Part shown: positions 13,236 through 24,918 of the stretch, in pieces | Layout of the letters: each line of letters opens with the position of its first letter | Position numbering within the stretch: position 1 is the stretch's first letter | Assembly: GCF_009914755.1 (NCBI RefSeq) | Contig: NC_060944.1 | From: the human T2T-CHM13v2.0 reference genome, Homo sapiens | Strand: one strand, 5' to 3' | DNA: 64,000 nucleotides | Notes under the pieces: generated by a model | Database searches by the model: none | Told to the model about the DNA's origin: nothing | The model's input: only the letters and a program-made list of their open reading frames with translations | Translations under genes and position numbers: made by a program

Positions 13236-15199
13236 TGCTCTGCTGACCTGCAGGGGCCTCGAATCAACATAAAGCCTTTCACCCCTAGCCTGCTCCTGTC
13301 TCAACCTCAACCTCCAGAGAACATCCATCCTCCATGGAGCCTCCCAGCCTGAGCCCTCTGAGCTGCCTCCCTTCTTCTCTCCCCTCAGCCCAGGCTTCCC
13401 TATCACCCCACAGAGAGCCTCGGAGCCACCCTTGGGAGCTTCACAGCTGCCTGGCTTCGGGATCTTTGCTCTGAGAGACCCCAAGATGGAGCAGCAGCCC
13501 CTATGCTGTGGCCCACCGGGCAGGCTTGGTTTTATGCCATCTTCCCAGCTACCCCTTGGGGTACGGGTTTTATCACCCCCTTATACAGAAGGGGTCAGGG
13601 ATCAAAGCAGGCAAGCCATTTGCCCAGAACCACACAGCTGTTGCCAGAGTTGGGATCCAAATGCAGGACTGTCCTTGGCCATACCGCCTTCTGGATGTCC
13701 CTACAGTGGCTCTGCCCAGTCAAGAGCCCCTGTTGCCCGGGGAGACCCCTCTTCACATCCTCATGACAATGACAATCCCACGAGTTAAACATTTCACATG
13801 GATTCTTGCCTTTAGTTTTTCCCAACAGCCTGCAGGGGAGGGGCAATCATCACACCCATTTTACAGACGAAGAAACTGAGGCACCCAGTGGTTGCTTAGC
13901 TGGGGGCCCAGCAGAGCCTGTGCCTTGGTTTGCTAACCTGTAGAATGGGGTCATAACACAGCCTTGCAGGGTGCTTGAGGACTGTGCAAGGCTGTGGAAG
14001 CCAGGGGCTCTCGGAAACACCCCTGAGGGCTGTCCTCAGACAAGGCCGGAGGCCCGATTGTGTTTTTCTCGACTCGCCAGCATCCAGTCAGGGCCTGGCC
14101 TGCTGAAGGAAGGGCCCCATGTCTCCTTGAACATTTCCTCAGCCCGGGGATGCCGAGAAAACGATGAGTCATCCACCCAAGCAGAGGCCTCCCAGGAGCT
14201 TGTGTCGGGTCCCAGCCGGGAGGGGAGGGCTCCAAGCTGGAGAGGGGGCCCGGGTAACACGATGACTCCCACGCTGGCCCCGAGGCCTAAGTCACGGACG
14301 GGGTCCCCTCCACGGCCTCCCACCGCCACAGGCTGCCAGCCTACCGGACACCCTTGGATGCTGTGCCCCAGATCCTGCCCCTGCGCCTTCACCCCAGATC
14401 TGCACCCCGGTTTCCTAAACCACTCTTCCCACCCACGAATCCCAGGGTTGCCTGCGACCCTCTAGCCTCCCTCACCCCACTCCCACCTCACCTAGCCCCA
14501 GCCACTCAACCGCTGGTCCGTCGAGGAAACCCGTCACGCCTTTCTCCCCTCACCTCACTATGCCTCTGCCTGGTTTTCCTTCTCCATCGCCCTCTTGCCT
14601 CTCACCACAGAATCTGAGCGTTCCTTCTAAAACCCCAACGTGACCTTAGCTCCCTCCACGTGAGAACCCTCCTGTGAGCTCCCTGCTGTGCCTGATGCGA
14701 TGGGCTCTTCAGATCTCTCTCCTCCATCTGGCCCCAACCAATCTTGCCAGCTCATCCCCTCAGGACCCCACTGTGGTTCTCAAGCTGACTTGGCCATTTA
14801 CTCATCTCCACTCCATCTAGAATGTTCTTCCAAACATGCTTCTCTAAGAAAATTGGCCCTGGGATCCGTCGTACAACGCCCACGCTGACCCCGCCAAAAC
14901 CAGTCCCACCCCCCGGAATGAGCTTCCCTATGCTCTGCTCTTGCTGAAAAGTTCTTTTTGGACTTCAAGGTCCAGGTGAAATGTCACTTTCCCAAGGACT
15001 TCTCAGGCCCTGTCCCGTGGGAGGGTGGGTCTGCGCCCTGGGGCTGCTCAGGGCCTCTGTGTAGAACTAGGCAGTTCTCAGAACCCGGCTCTGAGACATC
15101 TGCTGAACCACCCTGCCCAGTGGGGAGCCCCTTAAGGGCAGGGGCTGGTCTGGGTCCTGGGGACACGGCAGCAAAAAAACACAGACGCAGTCCGCCCTG

Positions 15200-15950
15200 C
15201 TAGTGCTCATGGCCTTGGAGGAGACAGATCCTAAGCACAGAAAGTAGTGAAATACACATAATGTCAGGCAGTGATAAGGTCCACAGAGGAAAAATCAAGT
15301 AGAAAAGAGAGATGGGAGATGGTCCAAGGGATCTAAGGTGGGCCTCACTGGGTGATCAAGGAGGCCCTCTCTGAGCAGGTGACATTTGACCAAAGACCTG
15401 AAGAGGGAGAAGAGCTGGCCATGCAGAGATCTGAAGAAAGAGTATTCCAAGCTAGAGGAAGGCCAGTGCAAGGGGCCTGGGGCAGGACTGTATTTGGCGT
15501 GTTTGGAGAATAGCAAACAGGCCAGTGTGGCTGAGGCCAAATGAACGAGGCGAGAGGGAATTGAGAGCAGTGGGCAGCCAGGGCCAGATCGCGCAGGGCT
15601 CTGCAGGCTACTGGGAAGGCGTTGGCTCTTGCTTTGAGTGAGACAGGAGTCTTGGAGGGTTCTGGACAGAGGAGGGAGAGAACCTGACTTGGGGTTTCCA
15701 AGGTTTCCTCTGGCTGTTTGTGGGAAGAAGGGGTTATGTGGGCAGGGAACAGGGTAGACACAGGGGGCCCCGGGGAGAGGCAGCCACCTCTCCAGGCTTG
15801 GACCAGGCTAGAGGCAGTGGAGGCCATGAGACATGGTAGAATTTGAGATGTGCTTTGAAGGTAGAACCAACAGGATTTGCAAATGGGTTGGATTGGGAGG
15901 GAGAGGAGGTCAGAGAAAGGGGTCGGAAGTGACTCTCAGGTGTGGCCGAG
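15200..15950 (-). mobile_element. L2 LINE fragment
   Basis: gagcaggtgacatttg...gaaggtagaaccaacaggatttgc, antisense L2. Confidence 0.78.
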
Positions 15951-17072
15951 GAAGGGGAAGGCTGCAGCTGCTGTACAGGAAGGGCAGCGAGGAAGTGAAT
16001 AAATGAATGACCTGGGCTTGGGAACCAGTGGCTCACACTCAGCTCTGGAGCTCATTGGGACCTTGAGTGAGTTCCCTCCACTCTGCCTTAGTTTCCCCAT
16101 CTGCAGGGGAGGAGCTCCATGTCCAGGGTGGCCAAGAGGACTAGTGCTCCGGGATCCACAACCACGTGGGTGAGAGGATGGGCCCAGCCTCCCACCTGCT
16201 CTGCCGTCTCCCCACTCCCCACGACTCCCGTCTGCTGGCCCAGCAGCCCGCCCAGGCCGGGCCTGCAGCTGCAGTTGAAATCGGAGGGGAAGAGCATGGA
16301 CGAGAGGCAGCAGGGGCATCCGTCTCCCACAAGGCTGGGTCTGGCCAGGTGGGAGGGCAGCCTTGAGGTCTAGAAAGCTTACGTGGGGTGCCCTCACTAA
16401 AGGCGAGAGGGCACCATGAGCCAGGGGTGGGTGGAGAGCTAGGGCACCCCTGCTGCCTTCACTCCCGGGGGTCCTCCCGTGCCCCTGCCTCCAGGCTCTG
16501 GGGTTTGGAGGGTCAGACAGAGCCCTGGAGCTCCAGCCCAGCTGTGTGTTCACTGTGGGCCTTGAGGAGGTTCCCTGGCCTGTCTGGTACCAAGTTCTCA
16601 TCTACTTCACAGAACCCAGGGGAGATTAAATGGAATAATGTATCTGGCACATGGCAGGGGCTTGAAAAATTGGGAGATGGGCTCAGACCCCTGCCGGAGG
16701 GAGGCAGTCATTACGCCAGCCATTATGTGTTCTCCTCACAAATCCAGACCCCAGGAACTCAGGTTCCCAGCCAGGGGGCCGGGCGGGGGTGGCGTCCATA
16801 CAGGAGAAGGGTGAGAGGCTTGTCCCTCTTCTCAGCAGGTGCCTGCCAGGCCTTGGGAAAGCCCTCCAGCGCCCTTCCTTGACCTCTGGGATCTGACACC
16901 TGGGAAGAATTCAGAGGCAGGGAGATCACTGGAGCCTTCTGTATGTCATAACTAAACATAATGAGGCTCACTGCAGGGCAGGAACCAGTCAGGGCAGCAA
17001 GAGACCCTGAGTCTGCAAGTTCCCAGCTCTGGGGGCTCATGCCACATCTCCATCCCTCACCATGACTTCTGG

Positions 17073-17207
17073 TGCCAGGTGCAGTGCCCACTGCCTGTAA
17101 GCCCAACTACTTGGGAGGCTGAGGCAGGAGGATCACTTGAGCTCAGGAGTTTAAGACCAGCCTGGGCAACAAAGCGATAATCTGTCTCAAAAAAAAGAAA
17201 AGAAAAA
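17073..17207 (+). mobile_element. FLAM-like Alu monomer
   Basis: Single left-type monomer plus A-tail. Confidence 0.8.
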
Positions 17208-17551
17208 GCCTTCTCTGTTCAATTCAATGCAACATTTCTCAGGCCCCTGATAGTACTGGAGACACAGAAATGACTCAGATACAACCTCTAGGGAACTCAT
17301 AGTTGCTGCCTACCTACTCTATGCCGGGGACTTGGCTGGGTGCCTCGTCTCCACTGTACCATTTAATATTCACAACATCCTTCATCACCATTCCCATTTT
17401 CCAGATGAGGAATATTGAGGCTCAGTGAGATCACATAGCAGCTAACATTTCCTAAGATTTGCTACATTTGGGGGCCCTACGTGCATGAAAGCATTAATTT
17501 CCACATCACTCCTAGAAGAGGAATATGATTACAGTTCCATTTTACTGATGA

Positions 17552-17730
17552 GAAAATTAAGGCCATGGGAGGCGGAGGTTGCAGTAAGCCAATATTGCGT
17601 CAAAAAAGAAAGAGAGAAAGGAAGGAAGGAAGGAAGGAAGGAAGGAAGGAAGGAAGGAAGGAAGGAGGGAGGGAGGGAGGGAGGGAGGGAGGGAGGGAGG
17701 GAGGGAGGGAAGGAAGGAAAATTAAGGCCA
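17552..17730 (+). mobile_element. Severely truncated Alu with a 14-bp target-site duplication, inserted in a MIR
   Basis: GAAAATTAAGGCCA at 17552-17565 and 17717-17730 flanks tgggaggcggaggttgcagtaagcc...gtcaaaaaa plus microsatellite. Confidence 0.85.
17620..17719. repeat. (GGAA)11(GGAG)11(GGAA)3 compound microsatellite
   Basis: Counted from the sequence. Forms the tail of a truncated Alu. Confidence 0.9.
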
Positions 17731-17928
17731 AACTGATAAAAGGGCAGAGATGGGATTTGAACCCAGGGTCCTGTAGCATTAAAGCCCAGGCCCTTTACCT
17801 GTTCTCTACATCAAAGTGGACTCAAGAGTTCTTGTTCTAATAAGCCACTGGCCCTGGTGCGTGCTGTCACCAACTTCCAGCTGCTTCTTTACCTGCTTTG
17901 GGGCCCATGGGCCTAGCCTCATTCTCTG

Positions 17929-18133
17929 TTTTTTTTGAGACAGAGTCTCCCTCTGTCACCCAGGCTGGAGTGCAGTGGCATGATCACAGCTCACTGCAGC
18001 CTCTAACTCCTGAGCTGAAGTGATCCTCCTGCCTCAGCCTTCTGAGTAGCTGGGACTACGGGTGCGTGCCAACATGCCTGAGTTTTTTAAAATTTTGCAT
18101 ACAGACGGGGTCTCACCATGTCCCCAGGCTGGT
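17929..18133 (-). mobile_element. Alu (J-like), partial
   Basis: Antisense right arm and part of the left arm. Confidence 0.85.
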
Positions 18134-18684
18134 AGGCCTGGCTTTGACATGAGTGAGCAGGGTGGCCTCAAGCACATTCCTTAGCCACCATCCTCAAATG
18201 ACAGCAGAGCCTTTTCCAGTTTGCCAAGAAGTGGAGTTTTAGAGCCCATTTTCCAGAAAAGGAAACTGAGACTGAGAGAGGCCAGGCAGGCTACTTGCCC
18301 GTGGTCATGTGGGAATTAAACAGTTGAGTTAGGACCCCATAGGCCCTGGCCCCCTCACTTCAAGTTCAGAGCCTTTTCTCCCAGGACCTTCCCGCCCCAT
18401 GCTTGGCTTTGGGCTTTGTTATAGGACCATAGCAAGAGGCGGGTAGGGGGTGGCAGTGGGAAGCTGGAACAAGGAGATGCCTTGGCTGCAGTCATGGGGA
18501 CGGGGGTATGGCACCACCTCTTATGGCCACCTCTTGGCTTCAGCCAGCTGCTGAGACTCCGGGGATGGCAGGGGCCAGGGCAGCAGCTCAGGTGACTTGG
18601 TGATGATGGAGGACATCCCAACAGCACCACACTGGCAGACAGACAGGGTGAGTCCAATCCAGATCTCACATGAGTGCAAGCACA

Positions 18685-18915
18685 CGCAGTCACACCCGCA
18701 GCTGCCAAGGCCCACAGCCCAGGTGCTCACATAGATGCCGACAAACACGCAGAGGAGCCTCTCCACCTGTGCCCTGCACACACTCCACGCACACACACAC
18801 AAGCATTTCCAGCCTGCACATAGATAGGAACAGCACACTCACACCCACACAGTTGCACTTTTACACACACACACATGCACGCACATGCGTGTTCTAGCCC
18901 GTGAGCACACACATG
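18685..18915. repeat. CA-rich low-complexity tract
   Basis: Degenerate cacac/acac runs. Confidence 0.65.
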
Positions 18916-21418
18916 TTCAGGATTCAGTCGCACAACCTCTGAGCTAAGATCTGGCTTGAAGAAGCCCAGGTATGCCTGAGGCCCTCCACTTGGTCCCCAG
19001 ACACCCCCAGCCACAGGCTCCCCACCCCGCAATCCTCCCAGCAGCATTTCTGAGGTCCCAGATGGGCCTTCCAGCCTCCCAGACGTGCAGGGACGACAAA
19101 GCAGCCTGCAGGGGCCATAAAGCAGAGGGTTTTCCTACCAGCTCCTACCCAGGGAAGAAGGGTGCACGGTGTCCCCACCCCTCAGCAGACAGTGACCCAG
19201 GACTTAGAGGGGAGGCCCCAGGAAGGCAGAGCCTGACCTGTCTGCATCACCCTGGCACCGAAATGCAGCCCCCCAGAGTTACCCAGGACCATGCCACCCA
19301 AATCACAACGTGTAACTGACAAAAACGCACGCTCTGCCACTCACAAAAAATGCAAATGGAGCCTGTGCCAGGCATCACTGTCAACCTTCTTCCAAAAGCC
19401 CCCCCAGGACCCAGGACAACAGAGGCATCCTCCCTCCTCCCCACCCCACACCCATCTTCATGAGCCCTAGGAAAGCCCACAGACTTTATGTTGTGCCAGT
19501 CCTGCCTCAGGCAGCAGCCTGTGAATACAGACCTCTTGACCAGAGGGATGCTTTGAAACTAATTCAGACTAAAGTGTAATGGACTGAAAGCTTGACATGA
19601 AGGACCTATGCTTTCAAATTGGATCAGGTTGCAAGACCCTTCAAAGTCAGAATGGAGATGTATGCAAGGCCCTGGCATTGGTGTGGACTAGGGGAAGTTC
19701 TGAACCTCCCTAAGCCTCAGTTTACTCATGTGAAGGTAGCAGTAATCACAGCACTGGCCTCTAGGCTGCTGTGAGAATTCCACAAGCTGATGCGTATCAG
19801 CGCCTCAGCCCAGTGACAGGCACACAGTAGGTGACCCCCGAAACAGCCGCTATACTGATAATTCAGAGAAAACCAGGAAATATTGAGGGACTCAACCAAA
19901 GGTCACAGCACATATTACGCGGTGCTAAGTCAGAGGCCATTTCCCGCCCAGACCAGCGGCCGCAGGTGCCAAAGGTTTACACAAAAGCTCTGGGGAGAAA
20001 GACTTAGGCCTGAAAATGCTTTCCACTAAATGAACGTTGTTGCAAACTGGGAAAAGACCACCATTAGTCAATTTGGGTAGTGGAACACCTGGGGTCCAGC
20101 TTGCAAAAGCCTGGTTTTGAGAGTGGAGTTTGGCAATCTCGAAGTTTCCCTTGGGGAATGGGGCTCTAATGGTGGGATTCCTGGCATGTGGCAGGTCCAC
20201 GGAGAAGCTACAGCAGTGCACAGAGAACCCTGTTCCAGTCCTGGCTCTCAACAAATGGAAACTTCCTCTCTCTAGGCCTCAGTTTTCCCATCTGGAAGAT
20301 GGTACAGTTGGGCTGAGAACCTCTATCTCTCCACGGAGACTTGGGGCTCTCTGATGCTAGGAACTGACAGACAGCCCAGGGCCCCACCTCAGCCGTAACC
20401 TGTGGCCCTCGCAGGCTCTGGGGACGGCTCCACGCGCTCCACTCAGAGAGGCCAGAGGAAAAGGAAAGGGGTTGTTTTACTTTGTGGCCAATGCCGGAAC
20501 GGAATTGGAGGGTCTTGTCTCCAAGGGGTTTGCTTCCCCCGCTTGGCAGCCCACAGGCCTGGAGCAGGCCAAACGTAAGAAATAATAAATCCTCACCAGG
20601 CTTCACCCGGCCAGGAGGCCCCCAGCTGGCTCTTGTCATAAAGAGATCTTATCCCCACCAGCACCCCTAGCTGCCCGTGGAGGACTCCGCCCTCCTCTCC
20701 TCCATACCCTGCTTCCACCTTCTACTTCCTGTGACAACCTGCAAACTGGAGGCCAACTTGCCTCTCCCCCACGCCCAGGCTTCTCCTCGACCCCCGCCCT
20801 GCCCCACCCCCACTTGGGCCCCAGCTGCAGGAGGCCCTGTGGAGTGTAATTCCCCTCGCCCTCTCTCTGCCCTGGGCCCGTCCGGACAGATTAAGCCTTT
20901 GTCACACACACCCAGAAAAGCTCAGGGCCAGATGGGACAGGACAAGTGGTGTCAGATCATCGACCCGAGGCTGGCCGGGACTAGGAGAGGGCCCTGACCA
21001 CAGCACCGCATATGGCTGTGGGAGGAGGAAGGGAGGCCCAGGGTGGGGGCAGCCAGAGAGCAATGGGGAAGAGAGGTGACACACCATGGCCACCCTGGGG
21101 ACAGAGGCTATATGGGGCCTGTCTGCTGGATGACCCAACTCCCACCTCCCTTCTTCCTTGGAATCTTTCTACCTGCTCTCTCTTGAAGCCCCCATGGGCT
21201 TCTTTATCCTGTCCTCAGCTATGCCCACCACCCCCGACAGCTGGGTGACCTGGGAGCAGGCACACAGCCCCACCCACCCGAGCACCCCAGTGCCCGCACA
21301 AGGACTGTGGGTACTAAACAAATGCTTTTGACAAAGGTTTATGGCCCAATGACCTTCACAAAAACCCACCGAGGACCAAACTACAGGCTCTCTCCCAAAT
21401 GACACCAGGGGTGAGGGG

Positions 21419-21438
21419 GTGTGTGTGTGTGTGTGTGT
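21419..21438. repeat. (GT)10 microsatellite
   Basis: Read directly from the sequence. Confidence 0.85.
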
Positions 21439-23660
21439 AGGCCAGGGAGACGTCCTTTGCACCTTTCAAAGGAGGTCCCATTCAGCCCCTCCCAGGAAGA
21501 GGCCAATGGCTGCCCCAGAATTCCCAGCAGGATTTGTTCCTCTTGGATCAGTGAAAAGGAAAATGGAAATATAAAAATAATAACTGGGCCCCAGGAAAGA
21601 ACTTGGAGATGGGGGTGGCATCTCCTGCCTGGCTCCGGCTGGCTGGGCGAGTGGCAGGTAACTGACGGGCTCTCGGGACCAGCAGGCCAGGCAGGCGGGC
21701 GTGGGGAGCCCGAGGGGCGGGCTGTCGAGGGAGGGCACGTCTGTTGTGTTTGTCGATCTCCTGGCAGCCTGGACTGGGAGGCCTGGGTCCCCTTTCTCTG
21801 CCTCCCAGGCAGGTGGTCCCTTGGGGAGGGCTCATTATTGGTCTGAGAGCCAGGGTGGAGACTGGGGACGGTCGCGCTGCCAGGGGCAGGCAGAGCGGGT
21901 CAGCGTGGGTCTCAAGGAGCATCTGAAGCCAGCAGCTGGGCCGGCAGGACCTGGGGTCCAGGCCCAGCACCCAGTTTCTGCATGTGGCCTGGATAGGGGG
22001 AGGGGGTACTCAGCCTCTACAGCTGTGTGGATAAAGAGTGGACGACTGCTCCAGATGCCCACTCCCTAGGGAGAAGTCGAGCCACACAGAAAGCCAGTGA
22101 GCCAGCTGCCAGGTCTGGGGGGTCACCCCCCAACTCCAGGAGAGGGTGGACTCAGGGCTCCTGCCTCAGACTAAGAAGGTTGGGCCAAGGCTTCCAGCTC
22201 TTCAGGGAGGTGTAACCAGGATGGGGGGGTGGGGTGGGGCACCGACCCGGGAAGCCCTGATGGCAGAGGGCACTGACCTAGGGTAGGGGGCAAGACCCAG
22301 CCAACCATCTCGTGGGTCACTGACCTCAGAAAAACCGCCCTCCGGCGGGGGGCAGTGACCCAAGATGGGAGAACCGAGGAGGGGACCGACCTGGCAGGGT
22401 GGGGAGGGCTGACCCATACTCCCCATCTGGGAAAGTGGCACTGATTTGGGCTGGGGGAGGGGTCCTGGACTCGATCGGGGGAGGGGACAATGACCCAGAC
22501 TCGCCGGGTTTGAGCGAGAGTGCTGATTTAGGCTGGGAGGGTCCCAGCCTTGCGCGGGCTGGGTCACTGCCCCAGCTTCCCCCTCGGGGAGCCCGGTCCC
22601 GGCGCGCCCCTCTGCCCGGCCCCCTGTTCCCGGTCCGGCCGGAGGCGGCAGCGGCGCAGATGGGCTGCTGGCGGCCGCAGCGCGGTTATCAGCGCTCCTC
22701 GCAGATGGGCCGCCCGCCCTCCGCGCTCGCGGCTCCCACTCCCCGCGGCCTGCAGCCCCGTCCCCTGGGCGCGGGGGGAGGCGCCTCCGGATCTGCTCCC
22801 CGGCTCCCGCCTCCCTCCCTCGCGGCCCCCTCACCCCGCGGGCCCGGCCCGGGCGGCCGCGGAGGGGGAGGGGGAGGGGACAAGTGCACTTTTCGTAACG
22901 ACCGAATCAATTGTGTGTGAAGAGCCCGCTCCGGCCGGGGACGGGGCTGAGCGCGGGGCGGGCGGGCCGGCCGGGGGAGGAGCGCGGAGGGGGGAGCGGG
23001 GGAGCGGGGGAGGGAGGGAGGCCGGCGCGGGGCGGCCCGGCTCTCGCGCTCCGGCCGGGGAGGGAGCAAGGAGGGCGGGGGGAGGCCGGCGCGGCCCGAC
23101 CGGGCCGGGGGCGGAACGCACTAATGGAGGGTCTCGGCGACGGAAAGTTCAAAGCTCAGCAGCGCCCCGGGAGCGGCCGCCCCCCCCCCAGCCCCCACCC
23201 TCTGCAGAACAATGAGGTCCCGGCGGGGGAGCCGCGGGGCCCGCGCCGCACGCCCTCTCCAGGGCGCCCCGGGCCAGAGGGGACGCCCCCGCCCGGCCGC
23301 CCGCCTCCTCCCTTTAGGCGGCTGCGGTTCCCCGCCCCCTCCCCCACGCCACCCCGCCCGGACCGGGCCGGCCCGGGGGACGGGGGAGGGGAGGGGATGG
23401 ATAGGTCAGGCCGCCCCCGTCCCAGTGAAGGGGGAACGAGGGGCCCGGGGGGCTGAGGGGGCGCCCCACCCACCCGCGGGAGGCTGCTCCTGCGCCAGGC
23501 TGCGGCTCCGGCCGCCCCTCCCCGGGCCAGCCCCGGGTGGGGTCGGGGCGACAGTGCCCGGGCGGGCCCCCTCCCCTGGCGCTGGGAGGCCCGGCGGACT
23601 CCCCGTCCCGCGGCTGCCCCTGCCTCCCTCCCCCCCCCCCCACCCCGCGGCACCACCCTC

Positions 23661-23704
<44 letters not shown>
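23661..23704. repeat. (CG)4(CA)18 alternating purine-pyrimidine tract
   Basis: Read directly from the sequence. Confidence 0.92.
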
Positions 23705-23706
<2 letters not shown>

Positions 23707-24104
23707 GCCCAGCCGGCCCGGGGGCGGGAGCGCGAGGCGCCCGGGACAGGCAGCCCCGGGGCGGGCGGGGGGAGGCTCGGGCTCCAGAGCAGCCGCCTGC
23801 TGGCGGGGGGAGGGGACAAGAGGACGGAACATGCTGGGGTGAGCAGCCCGGGACAGCCTGCCCGGCACGGCCACGGCCCGGGCAGCGGCGCGGAGGGGGG
23901 CAGGGACGCCCCGAACCCGGAGCGCTGCCCAGGCGAGCCGGGAAGGGCCGGTGAGCAGGGACGCGTGCGCCTCCGGCGGGCCCGACACACGGACAACCTC
24001 AGGGACACACGTTCGGACACACATCCACACCCCCACCCCGCCCCCGCCCGCCTGCCCCAAGCCCCGCGGCGGGACCCGCCCGCGGCCGCCGCGCGCGCAC
24101 TCAC

Positions 24105-24425
24105 CGAGCCCGTCTTGACCGGCACATACACCACTTGGCCCATCTTGGGTTCCCGGCCGCTGCCCAGGCGGAAGCCCTTGGAGCGCACCCAGAACTGGAA
24201 CTTGCCTTTCTCGCCGGCTGCGGGGCCGCTGCCCGCGCCAGTCCCGCCGCCGCCCTGCAGGACCTCGGCGATCCGCTGGTATTTGCTGCGTGTCACCGTC
24301 TTGGTTTTGGCCGAGTCGCCGTAGGTGCGCAAGCACCAGTCCCGGAACTGGCGGCCCAGCTCCGAGTCCCCGGGGCTGCGCTCGCGCTCCCAGCCCCCGC
24401 GCAGCAGCAGCGTCGGCTTCGGCAT
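24105..24425 (-). CDS. NOL4L: NOL4L (nucleolar protein 4-like) first coding exon, 107 codons, phase-0 donor
   Basis: Translates as MPKPTLLLRGGWERERSPGDSELGRQFRDWCLRTYGDSAKTKTVTRSKY...KFQFWVRSKGFRLG...VVYVPVKTGS, matching the NOL4-family N-terminal motif (QF.DWCLRTYGDS.KTKTVTR, KF.FWV.SKGF). ATG context is GGGAGGATGC (A at -3). The exon ends at a canonical TCG|GTGAGT donor (intron starts at 24104) and lies inside a CpG island. Confidence 0.96.
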
Positions 24426-24622
24426 CCTCCCGCCGCGCCCGGCGCCCTCGGGGGCGGGCCGGCCGCCGGGCCGCCCGGTGCCGGGACTGGGCTGGGCTGG
24501 GCTGGACCGGGCCGGGACGCGCCGCGGCCGCGTCTGTCCCGCGGTGTGGCTCCGGCGAGGCTGCTGGATGGGCGCGGGCGGCGGCCGGACGCGCGGGGCT
24601 GCGGCGCGCTCTGTCCTGCTCG

Positions 24623-24652
24623 GGCGGCGGCGGCGGCGTTGGCGGCGGCGGC
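24623..24652. repeat. (GGC)5 GTT (GGC)4 interrupted trinucleotide repeat in the NOL4L 5' UTR
   Basis: Read directly from the sequence. Confidence 0.9.
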
Positions 24653-24841
24653 TCCGGCTCGCCTCCTGCTCCGCCTCCTCCTCCCCCCGGCCGGGATGCA
24701 GGAGCGATGGAGGCAGCTCCGGGCCCGGAGGTGCAGAGGGGGCGGGCCGCCCCGCGGGCGGCCGGGGGAGGCGGGAGGCGGGGAGCGGCCCCGAGCGCTG
24801 GGAGCGAGACCGAGCCTGGGCGCGGGCGGCAGCAGTGGCTG

Positions 24842-24859
24842 TCAGCTTGCGCGGCTCAT
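24842..24859 (-). other. Short upstream ORF MSRAS* in the presumed NOL4L leader
   Basis: Reads AGG ATG AGC CGC GCA AGC TGA on the minus strand. No other ATG lies between it and the main ATG at 24425. Relevant only if the TSS is upstream of 24859. Confidence 0.45.
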
Positions 24860-24894
24860 CCTGCTCTTGCTCAGGCTCCCGCTGCCGCGGCTCT

Positions 24895-24918
24895 TCCTCC
24901 TCCTCCTCCTCCTCCTCC
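24895..24918. repeat. (TCC)8 repeat near the presumed TSS
   Basis: Read directly from the sequence. Confidence 0.9.
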
